DNA of 63,935 bases, filler included. It is 17 parts of 17 records of this genome, joined end to end, with 100 filler letters (N's around TTAATTAATTAA, not from the genome) between each part and the next. Parts side by side here need not be neighbours in the genome. Positions count along the whole stretch, not along the records: positions 45,978 to 56,008 come from SRR9670534_890; positions 56,109 to 59,149 come from SRR9670534_898; positions 59,250 to 61,397 come from SRR9670534_902; positions 61,498 to 63,935 come from SRR9670534_911; 13 more parts are not named here. One strand, given 5' to 3'. Shown one piece after another: positions 52,401 to 63,935 of this stretch (position 1 is the stretch's first letter; each line of letters starts with the position of its first letter). Below the pieces are notes generated by a model. The model worked only from the letters and a program-made list of their open reading frames with translations. It had not been told where the DNA came from and did not search any database. Both the position numbers and the translations under genes were made by a program.

Positions 52401-55400
52401 CACATCTTCTTCATCTCCTTCCTTTGCTGCCGCAATGTCTAGTGTCGATTTAGATTTCACTTGAAAAACTTCTTCTTCCCATTCATCGGCATCTGTACTA
52501 ACAGCAGTCTAAACATTTCATTAATATGAATGGTTGGCATTGATTTTATTAAATTTAACATCCATTACCATCCAGTCAGAACTAACACCTGAAAGTCCAG
52601 AATTCTTTCTCTCCATAATAGCTTCATATAGGGCTGTTCTAGTCCCAGATTGAAGAGCCGTATTCAACAACTAGAAAAGGAATAAGTATAGATAAAAGAT
52701 GTCGCTGATACTGGCTCGTGCATTATACCTGAAATGGTCCCATCCGACTACTTGCACGTCGTTTAATTTCTGCAATTTTTTGCCTAATTACATTTTCCTC
52801 ATCTTCAGTTATTTCATCCGACTCTATTTCATCAGAATCAATTTGTTCATACTTATGCCAATCCTGTGCATGAAGAACTAGGAAACGATAATACTATATA
52901 TTCTATATCCATAATAATTGTAGAAATCGACAAGACCACCATACATTATTTTAGACTACCTCTGCCTTGTCAATGGGGCAAAGTCTAGTTAAAAAAGAAA
53001 TAACAGAAGAAAAGGATATTGCTGATTGGCAAAAACCTTTCTTAAGTTTAGAAGACAAAAGAATCATTTTAAGGACGTGGACGCTTCTTCATGGGAATGT
53101 AAACAATGTCATGATGGCAACATTTATAAAACTTATTCTTACTAACAAGGAAATTAAGAGAATTTTTAACGATATAGAGGTTGAAAAAGTTAAGGTATCA
53201 GAAATTGGATATCATAAGTATGAGATCCCATGTCGAAAGGCCTGCGATTTCATCCAAACAAATATCATAGATGATATACATAACATGCAATTTAATAAGC
53301 AAAAATGTATACAACTTGGCCAGTGGCACCAAAAACAGATCCATGGCTTCAAGACAAATATGTTAGTTAAATTTCAGCAGTATTTTATGCAAAATGCAAA
53401 CGTTCATCTAAATTCCGATGAAATGGAAGTTTGGAACAGAGTTATGGAATTCATGATTGGTGCAATGGTGACAGATGAAAGCGTTCAACAAAATACCACA
53501 CTTGCTAGTAAAGATAATTAGTTACTTCTGAGAAAATACCTTCATAATCTTGTTTATTGGTATCTTCACCATCAATCGATTTTTCTGAATGTTGAGCTTT
53601 AATACGCTCCATGTTTAATTTAATTTTTAAAATAAGTCTGTGTTCTTTTTTTCGTTCTCGTTCAATGTCTCTTTGAAATAATTCGTGAATTAGTTCTGCA
53701 CCCCTAATATTAAAAAAACAATAAAAATGAAGTACCTACGTCAAAAGTTTAAACTTCAATAGATTTCATACCTAGATGCCAAATCTCCTTCAGCACGGAA
53801 CTCATTAACAACATGCTTGAAGTAATGACTCCCAAACATTCGTCTTTGCACGATAAGAAATGCAAAGCAAATTCCATCCCAAAGAAGTCCAGCTTCATCC
53901 ATGGGTAAGGTACAATTTCCAATTGTAATGTATTCTAAATTTAATTGATTAAGTTTAACTTTACTAGAATGATCTAAAAGAATAAAATGTTATGCATGTT
54001 ATGAACTAATTGATCAAATCCTGATAGAAAGCTACTGCCAATACGAATCAAATAATGATTTGTATTAATTTGAAACCTGTGGTTGAACCAAAAGGACCAA
54101 ATGAACCAAAAAAGTCTGTTACTAATCCACCTAACACAATGATAAGTAGGATGATGTTGTTGTATAATTATGCTATTGGATATATGAATTTTTACTACGT
54201 TTACCATCTAACGGTACGGAGAAGATAAAGCACAATCACTTTTTTCTGCATCATGCAATCTGAACAATTTTTTGCAATAGCTAAGGAAAATAAGCAAGCC
54301 TATGCTTATAACGATAGTTAATGGCTAGAATATTTTCAGATATTCAAAATATCATTACTGATCAGCATAAAGCTACGAAGGATATATGTGCTTGGAGTAG
54401 CAGTAAATGTGTGGATACTAAAGCAGCAAGAAGAAACTATGCATAACAACATAGTACAATTATTTGATATTTACAAGAAAAGCTCCTGAATAAAGCATAG
54501 GAATAAAATTACTTTTGTTAAATGAAGCAAGTGGTCATAAAATATATTTATAACTTAATATTAGCTGATATTTTAATAGGCTATATATTGTACAGTAATA
54601 CACGTAACAATCTATCATGTTACAATATATCTACATTTTAGAAAAAAGATGTCGCTGTAAAATGTAACTTGGATTCCGCCATCTTGAATTTGGGACGGCA
54701 ACACCTTGTTATAAAATTTAGTGCCTGTTGGCAATTATTTCATTATGTAGTGAGCACAGCATTTATCTTATTAGAGTAATAAGGTTAAAATAGCGTTTTT
54801 ATCTAACAAATAATTCATTATGGTGAATTTCCAAATTATTAATATAAAATTTGTTGTATAGATTATACAGTATCTATATGAATACATAAATAGAAATGCT
54901 ATCATACCTTCCTCTATATTTATAAAACTCTTCCAGCAAACAATGGCAAACAACTGAACTACTACGCAATGATTTGTAAATAAGTACTCTAGCATAACAC
55001 AACCCACAACCTAAAAGCAATAGGTATGTATTTAATGTCTAATCTTCAGGAAATATGTAGAAACTCCACCTGTAGACATGACTTGACAAAAAGTACCAAA
55101 AAGCTATAAACTAGCAGAATGTTCCACCTAAATACAATCTATACATAAAGTTACATTCGATACAATTTTTCATAACTTGTAATCAGTACTATTCATCGTT
55201 AAATGCTTACCATTTGATTACAATTCTGATTGGTTTAACCAACAGATCTTGGCCATACCATAGAAAAATAAAGCAGCAAACCACATATCCCATGCAGAAT
55301 AAGCTAATTCGTGAGGTGCCAGTTATGTAAACTATGGCTAAAGTTATCCAAAAGCCATACATGAACAAGAATACCTTCATTAAATCTAGGTATGACCTAA

Positions 55401-55911
55401 AGATAAAGTGTTAAATTTTGGAAGTCAAAACAAATTACGCATACTTTGGATATGAAATGTAATCATAAACAGGATTATCCAAGGATGTTTCATCATCATA
55501 TATAATTTCCCGATTTTCTCCACCACCATACACTCTCAATTGGTCCTTTTCTCTAGCGAACACTCTCCATTGGAGACATACAAACAGAAGTTGAAAAAAA
55601 TCCGCAATTAATTTGTGAGGATTTGGTTTGTAGGCAGGGTGATACTCAGGTAAGTACAACCATGTTTGAAGATTTTTATTCATTTCATCAGGTTCATCCC
55701 ATGGATAACCAATACATGCACCTTGGGGCAAGCCCAAGCATAGAAGATATTGTAATGGTAAAACTAGAGCAAGAAAACTAGCATATACAGGCCAGATTTT
55801 GACAATGTGCTTTCTTTTCAGTAATAAAAATAATCCAAGCCATAACGCGTAGATGATGGAATATCCATCAGTTCTGACGCCAATGGTAGCAACAGAGGTT
55901 ATGTAACAAAT
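46415..55911 (-). CDS. PIEZO: Piezo mechanosensitive channel, C-terminal half (more than 20 exons), 5' truncated
   Basis: [59 protein letters not shown] and [10 protein letters not shown]. Confidence 0.97.
47679..48275. mobile_element. TIR-bounded non-autonomous element in a Piezo intron
   Basis: Imperfect inverted termini gcacaggtacgcgatgggcaa / ttgcccatcgtctaacctgtgc (CAC..GTG type). Confidence 0.7.
50251..50592 (+). CDS. Nested antisense single-pass membrane protein (113 aa)
   Basis: ATG-to-TAA ORF wholly inside Piezo intron 50245-50615. TM helix, then CLCCCKRR, then a coiled-coil-like tail. Confidence 0.8.
   Translation: MAEEYIEYIGPIVILGTLLLIVLCSVISWLWGYCLCCCKRRTVTRHEEHEMRRVDSCEEIAYISYHNERMKELTQKMREENEQLKEVFHELSGTSKKTTVKWDDFLKVKKRLF
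52973..53521 (+). CDS. Nested antisense intronless globin (182 aa), no distal His
   Basis: MGQ.., [15 protein letters not shown]1 Phe (KRIF), F8 His (LGQWH) and H-helix EVWNRVMEF. It lies inside Piezo intron 52878-53539. Confidence 0.85.
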   Translation: MGQSLVKKEITEEKDIADWQKPFLSLEDKRIILRTWTLLHGNVNNVMMATFIKLILTNKEIKRIFNDIEVEKVKVSEIGYHKYEIPCRKACDFIQTNIIDDIHNMQFNKQKCIQLGQWHQKQIHGFKTNMLVKFQQYFMQNANVHLNSDEMEVWNRVMEFMIGAMVTDESVQQNTTLASKDN

Positions 55912-56219
55912 CTAATATAAAAAATTATTATAATTATTATTATAATATAATAATTTAAATTATATATTGATATATATTGATTTAATAATATATATATATA
56001 TATATATANNNNNNNNNNNNNNNNNNNNNNNNNNNNNNNNNNNNNNNNNNNNTTAATTAATTAANNNNNNNNNNNNNNNNNNNNNNNNNNNNNNNNNNNN
56101 NNNNNNNNATTTAAATTCAAAATTTTAAAATTCAAATTCTAAATTCTAAATTTTAAAATTCAAATTAATTTTTTTTTTAAATTTTCAAAATTTAAAACTT
56201 AAACTTAAATTTTACATAG

Positions 56220-59110
56220 ATGCGGTAAGACGTCTTTATGCCAAGTAATTGCGGCTGCAATGAACAAGGAATTAGCTATTGTCAATTGTCATCAGCACAC
56301 GGAAGCGTCTGATTTTTTGGGAGGACTAAGGCCATGTCGAGATGTTTCTTTGGTAAGTAGTAAGCAATATTCCATTTTCTTTGTAATAATTGGTAAAGTT
56401 AAATGACATGAAAACTCCACTGTCATATTCATCCCCCTTTCTTTCCGTTCTAATAAATCTTCCTCCAAGTATTGCTGCTATGATTGTCAAAATGCACAAA
56501 ATTAGCACAATAGAAAAAACACAAACACATATCCATTTGCTTCTGAGGTCCATAATGGTGCTTAACAACTTGGAAAACTTTGTACAACAAGCTTCCTTTA
56601 TGTTATTGCACATGCCTCTGGCCATATCGTAGCAGATTGTTATATGTCTAATTTGCAACACATCTGGTAGTATTAGCAGCTTAATTTTCGAATGGTTATC
56701 ATTATTGATCAACTTTACCACTTTAATATGTATTCCTCTTACCCCATCTTCATAATGATGGACTTGGACAGTTTATATATTGTTTAGAAGGCAAAAAGAG
56801 TATAAGTATTTGTTCTTAATTAGAATGTCTGTTTGATGTCATTATTATTTGCTTTGTAGACTTCTGGTAAGTTGTTCGAGTGGGTAGATGGCCCCTTAAC
56901 AACAGCTCTGAAGACAGGGAATGCAATCATGTTAGATGAAATTTCTTTAGCAGATCATTCAGTGTTGGAGAGGTTAAACAGTGTGCTGGAGGATGAAAAA
57001 TCACTAATTCTTGCTGAAAAAGCAAATGTTGAAGTTGTAATAGGTCAAGAAGAGTTCAATTTGATGGCAACCATGAACCCAGGTGGTGATTACGGCAAAA
57101 AAGAGTTATCCCCAGCGTTGAGAAACAGGTTCACTGAAATTTGGTGTCCTGTTGAGTTTTCAAGGGATGATTTGCTAGAGTTGGTAAATCACAATATGAT
57201 ATGTAAAGATTTAAGAGACCAGGTCATTGACTTTTTTCTGTTTATGAAAGAACAAGTTTTTTCGCAAGGGCGAAATGAGTTTCTAAAAATAGTAACAATC
57301 AGAGATTTATTGATATGGATATCTTTCGTTAATACTACAGTACTTAAAAGATGGACTGACAGTGATGCCGTTTTTCAAGGTGCACAAACGGTTTTTCTGG
57401 ACATGATGCCTCAGAAAGGTGATAAGTATAGCAAAAGTTGAATACACTACCTATATTAATAAAAAACATCTACTTATTATAAGTACGAGCGATGTTTTAG
57501 GTACTTTGTATGAAAGGTGGTTTCAGAAACTAGATGATCTATTTGGTTGCACAGTTGATATTTCACAGAGTGAACTGGTTGTCGTTGAAGAAGCAAATCA
57601 AGCTGGAATTTTTCCATGTTTTATTACAAAAGGTGATTGATGATGAATATTTTTAAAAAAGATGTCAGTATTTAGTAGAATTTCTCTTGTAGGACCTTTA
57701 AATCATGCAAACCCATCATTTCCATTCACTTTCAATTGTGCAACAACGAAGCACAACTGTATGCGCGTTTTACGTGCTTTACAAATAGAGCACAGACCTA
57801 TTTTGCTGGAAGGTTCTCCAGGTGTTGGAAAAACTTCACTGGTATGTGCCTTGGCAAATTTCTGCGGCTATGAAATTACTCGAATTAATTTGTCTGAACA
57901 AACCGACCTGTGTGACCTTTTTGGTTCAGATCTTCCAGTTGAAGGTCATAGCTCAAAATTCTCATGGAGAAATGGCCCTTTCTTGAATGCTTTGCTTAAT
58001 GGGCATTGGATAATCCTTGATGAATTAAATCTAGCTTCCCAATCGGTTTTGGAAGGGTTGAATGCTTGCTTTGATCATCGAAAACAAATTTTTATCCCAG
58101 AACTTGGAAAAACCTTTAAGCTTGCAGAAGGTTCATCCACTCAATGTCAGATTTTTTGTTGTCAAAATCCACAACAACAGGGTGCTGGAAGAAAAGCTTT
58201 ACCAAAGTCTTTTTTGAATAGATTTTCCCGAATTTGGATGGAAGAGTTTTCTAAGGACGATTTAAATTTTATAATGTCAGCATTATATAAACAGGACACA
58301 GTATCACAAGAAGACATTCAGCAAATGGTTGAATTCATTTGCACTTTGAATAAACGTCTTCCAAATTCTGCGAGCGTTCAGTATAGTCTTAGAGATTTGC
58401 TCAGATGGGCAGATATTTATATTGAATACCAGAATTCTTGCTCACCATCGCATTTTATTTTTCCTCTTTTTGTTCAAAGGTTAAGATGTGAACATGACAG
58501 AAACAAATGTCTAGATATAGCTTTAGATGTGTTTGAAAATGCACGTAAAGATGACATTCTATCCTACAACCGCGGCTTTTTAACTCTACTTGCTGAGTAT
58601 ATTACCATAGACAAATTTAAATTTTCTAAAAGTAGTACGAATAATGTTCTAATGAATGGTAATGAAATACTTTTGAATGGACATTTAAATACTTATTTAA
58701 AAACCTTCTTAATTTGTATGAAAATGAACATTTGTCCCATTATAACTGGACGTCATGGCTCTGGTAAGACACTTTTGGCTACAACTGCAGCTCAGTTGTT
58801 GAATCAAAAAATTGAATTTATGAATGTTGATTCATTAACAGATGCCGCTGAAATATTAGGCAATTTTGATCAAAGAATCATTTATGAGAAGGTGTTGCAG
58901 GAGCATATCATGAAAATTCACTCACAATTAACTGACATCATAAAAAAAGATTTGTTTCAAGATGGTACTGACCATGTACTGTTTGAAGCACAATTTCTGA
59001 AAGACAGGTTGATCAATGACTATGAGGTTTTCCTGGAGAACTCATCAACTACTGGTCTAACAAATTTTGTAAATGATAACTTCATGCTCTTTGCAAAATA
59101 TCCAGAATTT
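56220..59110 (+). CDS. MDN1: Midasin AAA-ring region, partial
   Basis: NCHQHTEASDFLGGLRP, FEWVDGPL, ATMNPGGDYGKKELSPALRNRF, PILLEGSPGVGKTSL and LNACFDHR. Confidence 0.97.
56326..56625 (-). CDS. Putative nested antisense single-pass protein (99 aa) in a midasin intron
   Basis: MARGMC..CC..WICVCVFSIVLILCILTIIAAILGG.. inside intron 56353-56859. The last 27 nt overlap a midasin exon. Confidence 0.55.
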   Translation of the reverse strand: MARGMCNNIKEACCTKFSKLLSTIMDLRSKWICVCVFSIVLILCILTIIAAILGGRFIRTERKGDEYDSGVFMSFNFTNYYKENGILLTTYQRNISTWP

Positions 59111-59298
59111 AGTAAGAAGTTATGATTCTTGTAAATTTTCATAATTTAANNNNNNNNNNNNNNNNNNNNNNNNNNNNNNNNNNNNNNNNNNNNTTAATTA
59201 ATTAANNNNNNNNNNNNNNNNNNNNNNNNNNNNNNNNNNNNNNNNNNNNCTCGTTGCGTACATATATATAGTATGTAATATATTATTCCTCTATTTAG

Positions 59299-61397
59299 GT
59301 GGCAAATGGCTAAATGGCATGTGTGTCATTAAGAAAGCTGTTGAATCTCAAAGCTGTGAAAAAGTTGATCTGTCGAGGTTAAACGAAAGAGATCTAATAT
59401 CTTTGCTACCTCATTTATTAGAAGAAGGAGCACCCATTGTTAGTGACATGATGTATCAAGAGATAGGCAATTTGAGAAATGAAATTTCCAATAAAATCGT
59501 TTTGCCTTATTTTGCAACTTTTGGGAAAGCCTATAAAAATTACATTAGTAGTAGTAAAAGTGAAGATAAATTGGGTTTGTTTAATCGATTGCAAAGAATG
59601 TATGCTGAAGATATTACTGAAGGTACCTACACTACATAAATTATTTTAGATATATCATATGGTACATTTCTGGTGATGTTATTAATAAATTTATCACTTC
59701 AAACTAAAATTTTAGATGATAAAAGGCTATATGAACTGTTGCAGGAAAAAACTGAAACAGACCTTTTGCAAGACCTAAATGAATTTCACAGAAAGAAGGT
59801 GACAGAATTTGATCCATTAAGTTCATTTCAAAGTGATATTTCAAAAGTTGAAGAAAGGGGTGTGTTTCAATATCGCCGATCTTGCCCTAGAGAACCAGAA
59901 AAGTTTATAGAATATGCTGAGCTGCAAAAGAAATTAATGCTAATCACACTTCTTTGCCATTCTGGCAAGACCTACTTTCTAAAACAAATTCTAAAGTATT
60001 GGTATGTTGACAAGCCTCAGCCAGTTTTTGGGTCATCTAATGACACAGTTGATGAAAAGTTTAGCTCTATCATTTACTGTGATTTGGAAAAAAAGTCTAT
60101 TACTCAGGATACTTATGTGGACATTTTCATTGACTGTCATGGTGTTGAATTTTTGAAATTTCTTTGTAGAGAAGAGCCAATTTCACAGGAAGTAATTGAA
60201 AAGGTACCTGTACGATCTGAATTACGCAGAATCTTTTGGGACAAAATGAATGCACTTAAGTTTGGACAGTCAAAGAAAAAAATTCTTGTAATACTTGACA
60301 ACATTGACAAAGCAGAACAAATTTCTAATGTACAGTTAAAATCTGTTGTAGATAATTGTGAATATTGCATCTTTTCTGGCAGAGAATGGCGACTTTCTGA
60401 TGAATCTACACAAAATGATGTCTTTGCTGGTAAACTCATTACAACTTTGAGAGTTAATGAATTTTCTCAAGATACACTATTTTCATACCTCAAAGAACGA
60501 ATCCCAGCTCAAAATTTTGAAGAAGTTTTTCATTTGCTAATGGAAAAACATCTGATGAAATTTATGATTTTCCCAAAGTTTTGTAATCATGTGATCACTA
60601 AATATTCATTGGAAGATCATGAATTTGACAGCATTGAATTTCGAAGAAAAGTTAAAGAAGTTAGACGTAGTTTTTATAATGACCAAAAGCTAAGGGATAC
60701 AGTCTTTTTTCCAAGCAAAATGTTAAGTGAAGAATTCATTGAAACAATTGAAATGTGCTGGACTTTATATTATTACCAAAAAAAGCAATCAGCAAACATT
60801 GAAAGATTGTTTTTTGACAAACTAACTTTTTATGACTTTGTTTCTATTACGAGAAGAACTGCAGTGTTCAGATTTTTCATTAGGTCTCATTGCAAAGAAT
60901 TTTCAGAGGAAATTATCAAAGTTTTTCAACGTAAAATAACTATGGTTCATCCAGATTCTAAGCAAATCTATGAACTTTTAAGATCCAAGATTTTTATAGA
61001 CTTTATCCTGACATGTCTAACTGCTGTTCCAAGAGGTTTAAAACTTTTTCAAAACTTTCCACTGCAAAAATTTAACCCATATAATTTGATCAAAGAACAT
61101 AACATTTCACCTGCAGTTGTCAGGATGATTTTGCGCAATTTAAACACCTTTTCTCAAATGAATCACTTAGTGCTGGAAGAAGTCAAGGAAGAAACTAAAA
61201 ATTTGTATGACATGAATATGTTGTTAAGTTATTTACCTGAAAACAAGAACATCAGAAGGGTTACTCTTTATAGATGCAATTTTGAAGATATTCAGAATCA
61301 AGTACCAACATTTTTGATGACAGTTCTAACACAAATGGAAAACCTGGAGATAATTGAACTGGAAAATATTGTAATTACTGATGATATGGTAGATGTC
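59299..61397 (+). CDS. NACHT-like and LRR (NLR-like) protein with degenerate Walker motifs, partial
   Basis: ITLLCHSGKTYFLKQILKYW (Walker A), KILVILDNIDK (Walker B), IFSGR (sensor 1), LRVNEFS, and LRR-like IRRVTLYRCNF / LEIIELENIVI. Confidence 0.7.
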
Positions 61398-61498
61398 NNN
61401 NNNNNNNNNNNNNNNNNNNNNNNNNNNNNNNNNNNNNNNNNTTAATTAATTAANNNNNNNNNNNNNNNNNNNNNNNNNNNNNNNNNNNNNNNNNNNNG

Positions 61499-61675
61499 AT
61501 ATTATTCATGGCTAACCACACAGTAAACCTGTTCTGCTATATCTCCTTGGATTCAGCTTTCAGAAATGAGTTACATAAAATGCTATATGGTGTTGGCTTC
61601 AGATTTCTTGGTGATCCTGAAGTGACCAACATCACAAATATTGCCAGCGGATCAAATCATAATTCTGGTAAATAA
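61499..61675 (+). CDS. Rhodopsin-family peptide GPCR, TM7, helix 8 and tail
   Basis: ILFMANHTVNLFCYISLDSAFRNELHKML matches the NHxxNFxxY..FR.EL pattern. Confidence 0.75.
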   Translation: MLFMANHTVNLFCYISLDSAFRNELHKMLYGVGFRFLGDPEVTNITNIASGSNHNSGK

Positions 61676-63030
61676 ATCAGCAAACGGGGTGTTTGTGAGT
61701 CACAGACATCGAGCCTATATAATATTTTATTATTATTTTATTTTATCTATAGATAAAATCTATTCATGTTTGATGTTTTGTATTTATTAATATTATTTTG
61801 TTTATCCATATGGATAAATATTTATCAAAAACCTGAAGTAAAATTTGAATTAAATTATCTCATGTTTTGAATAAAGTCTTGAGCAAAAAATAATCAGCCC
61901 CACCCACCATCATTATTATTATTATTAATACTGATTATTTGCAAATAATGGTAACTAAAATCATTCATTCTTCATGTGTGTTGTTCAAATTGATTTATTT
62001 TATCCTTTTGTTTACTATATTGTAGTTGAAATGTCTTTATTTCTTTACTCTTCTGCTTGTCAAAGTTTTATCACTATCTTCATAATGATCACATTCTTGA
62101 TAATTATCACATAAGATTAGTAATCACATTCTTGATAATTATCACACTCATTTTCCTTCTCACTGTTTGGCAATTAGTAGTAATTGATTAAATGTTTTTG
62201 TCTCTTTCAACTATTTACTTCTCTTTTCATATGATATGGTTTATCTGTCATGTTCAATTAATTATTGCATTGCCCAACACAATGAGTCATTAATTATCGT
62301 GAATGCATTTTTCTATGTAATAAAAAACAAGATATTATATCATATGTGAAGTAAGTGCAAGGGCAGCCTGAGAGTGCCCGAAAATAATAAATTAATTATA
62401 ATAATAACAAAAACAAAAGACTTCACGGATAAATAATAAATCTGTTCGTTGTTAGTTTAAATTGATCTGCAATTTCAAAAGTTTTCCATTAATAAATGTT
62501 ATTTCAAATTTAATCTTATTATTAAAAAAATTAATTAAAATTAGTTAATAAAAAACACGAACTTCATGTTTAAAAATTATTCGGTTATCAATTTTTCGTT
62601 TAATATGAATTTTAATTTTTATTTTCAATGTGAATATTATTTTTCAAGATATTTATGCATTCCTGTAATGATTTATTATTTTTAATAACAATAACCGTCT
62701 TATTATTAATAATAATAAGTCATTCATAGTATTTTCAACTGCAGTGATATCATATTTTACGTAGTAATACTATATAATTTTATTGTTTAATAAATGTTCT
62801 CATTTGCATGCACGTAAAAAGTACAATCTATTGCATTTACATCACAATGTTGTGTGCTCAAAAAATAGGATCTAAAGAAAAAATATTACAAAAAAAAGAA
62901 AATAATATCTACTAAAACATTGGCAAAGTACTATGAGAAAATAGTAGTTCACTATTGTTATTACAATACTATTATTATTATTAATAATAATAAGTAAGAG
63001 ATCAACAATAAAAAAGTGACTAATTTTGCA

Positions 63031-63739
63031 TTAACAGCTGGTAGAACAACAAGAACGCAAAATTTTCAAAGAGAAGGCAGAGTTTAACGGTGTTTTCTTA
63101 AAATGTTCAGAAATTGCTTGACAAGCTTCTTCATGGCTAAGTCCCACTAATTTTTGTTCATTTATTTGCAGAAGATTATCACCTTCCATTAATTGACCAT
63201 CAGCACTAGCTGTTGCATTATTCTAAAATTGAAAAGTGCGCGTAATTTGAAGTTATAAAAACAAACGTATTTCAATTATGATTATATCATATACCTAGGG
63301 TATAAGTTATGATTAGTTTTCGAAACCACAAATAATTTTAATTGTCGTTGAAGTATTTTTACTTATATATAAAAATAAGGTATCAGTTACCGAAATTCTT
63401 TGAATAAATGGAAACATTCCTTCAGTACTTTGATCATCAGCACCACCTTGGACAACAATACCCAATGTTTCATGTGATTTGACAACACGGAGAACAAGTT
63501 CTTCCATGGTCTTTCGTTTATTCAAATTGGTTTCCACAGTTGGTGATGGCAATTCGCGGGTTAAATCTGTTACTGGAGCTACTGAGGTCTTGTCATTACC
63601 AACGCTTTTTTTCTGTAGAATGACTTCATAGCCTGGATCAAAGCCATTATTCATAGGTTTACTGGTTCCAATTTGTTGAACGTTATTGGTTTCTGATGTT
63701 AGTGTTCTTTCAGATCCACCACCCGAAACTATTGTTACC
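63031..63739 (-). CDS. PDZ-domain protein, last 2 exons
   Basis: KSHETLGIVVQGGAD..PFIQRIS|NNATASADGQLMEGDNLLQINEQKLVGLSHEEA..CCSTSC*. Confidence 0.88.
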
Positions 63740-63935
63740 CTGAAAAAAGTTATATAATATCATACTACATAGGCGTGTAGAGTCTATATTGTATACACAT
63801 GTGGACACACGACATATGTACATAGGAATAGGCGCCAAAACAATAGTATTCATAGCAATGCACGGTGTTATCATAATTATGTGGCGTCATCGACGATATA
63901 CCATATATATACTGTATTAAGATGACGCTACATAA

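Noticed and set aside
1-63935. Alternative genetic code, tRNA/rRNA genes, species identity
   Set aside because: Spliced genes translate cleanly with the standard code, no structural RNA was recognised, and the species cannot be determined from the sequence alone.

Overview
This window is an artificial concatenation of 17 unrelated short contigs, joined by 16 linkers of N44-TTAATTAATTAA-N44 (stops in all six frames). They come from a very AT-rich invertebrate animal with mostly 45-100 bp GT-AG introns and the standard genetic code. Genes rebuilt by hand-splicing: an orphan exon plus a decayed duplicate, two tandem ninjurins, two MARVEL-like tetraspan paralogues, two intronless N-Gly globins, a TRPM2-like channel, SLC17, PHKB, a DCST1/Sneaky-like sperm factor, a degenerate nucleotidyl cyclase, an EF-hand protein, a RING pseudogene, MRCK, ZSWIM2, Piezo, midasin, a degenerate NACHT-LRR protein, a GPCR 3' end and a PDZ protein. 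There are also CR1-type LINE pieces and several MITEs. Four observations stand out. (1) Old repeats show RIP-like CpA/TpG-to-TpA decay, which is not expected in an animal. (2) Antisense genes fill host introns almost edge to edge (two in Piezo, one in midasin). (3) A CTCF-like word, AGATGTCGC, is roughly 100-fold over-represented and often sits in mini-introns. (4) The TRPM2 has an invertebrate-type pore but a degenerate Nudix box. All counts are hand counts and no database search was run.
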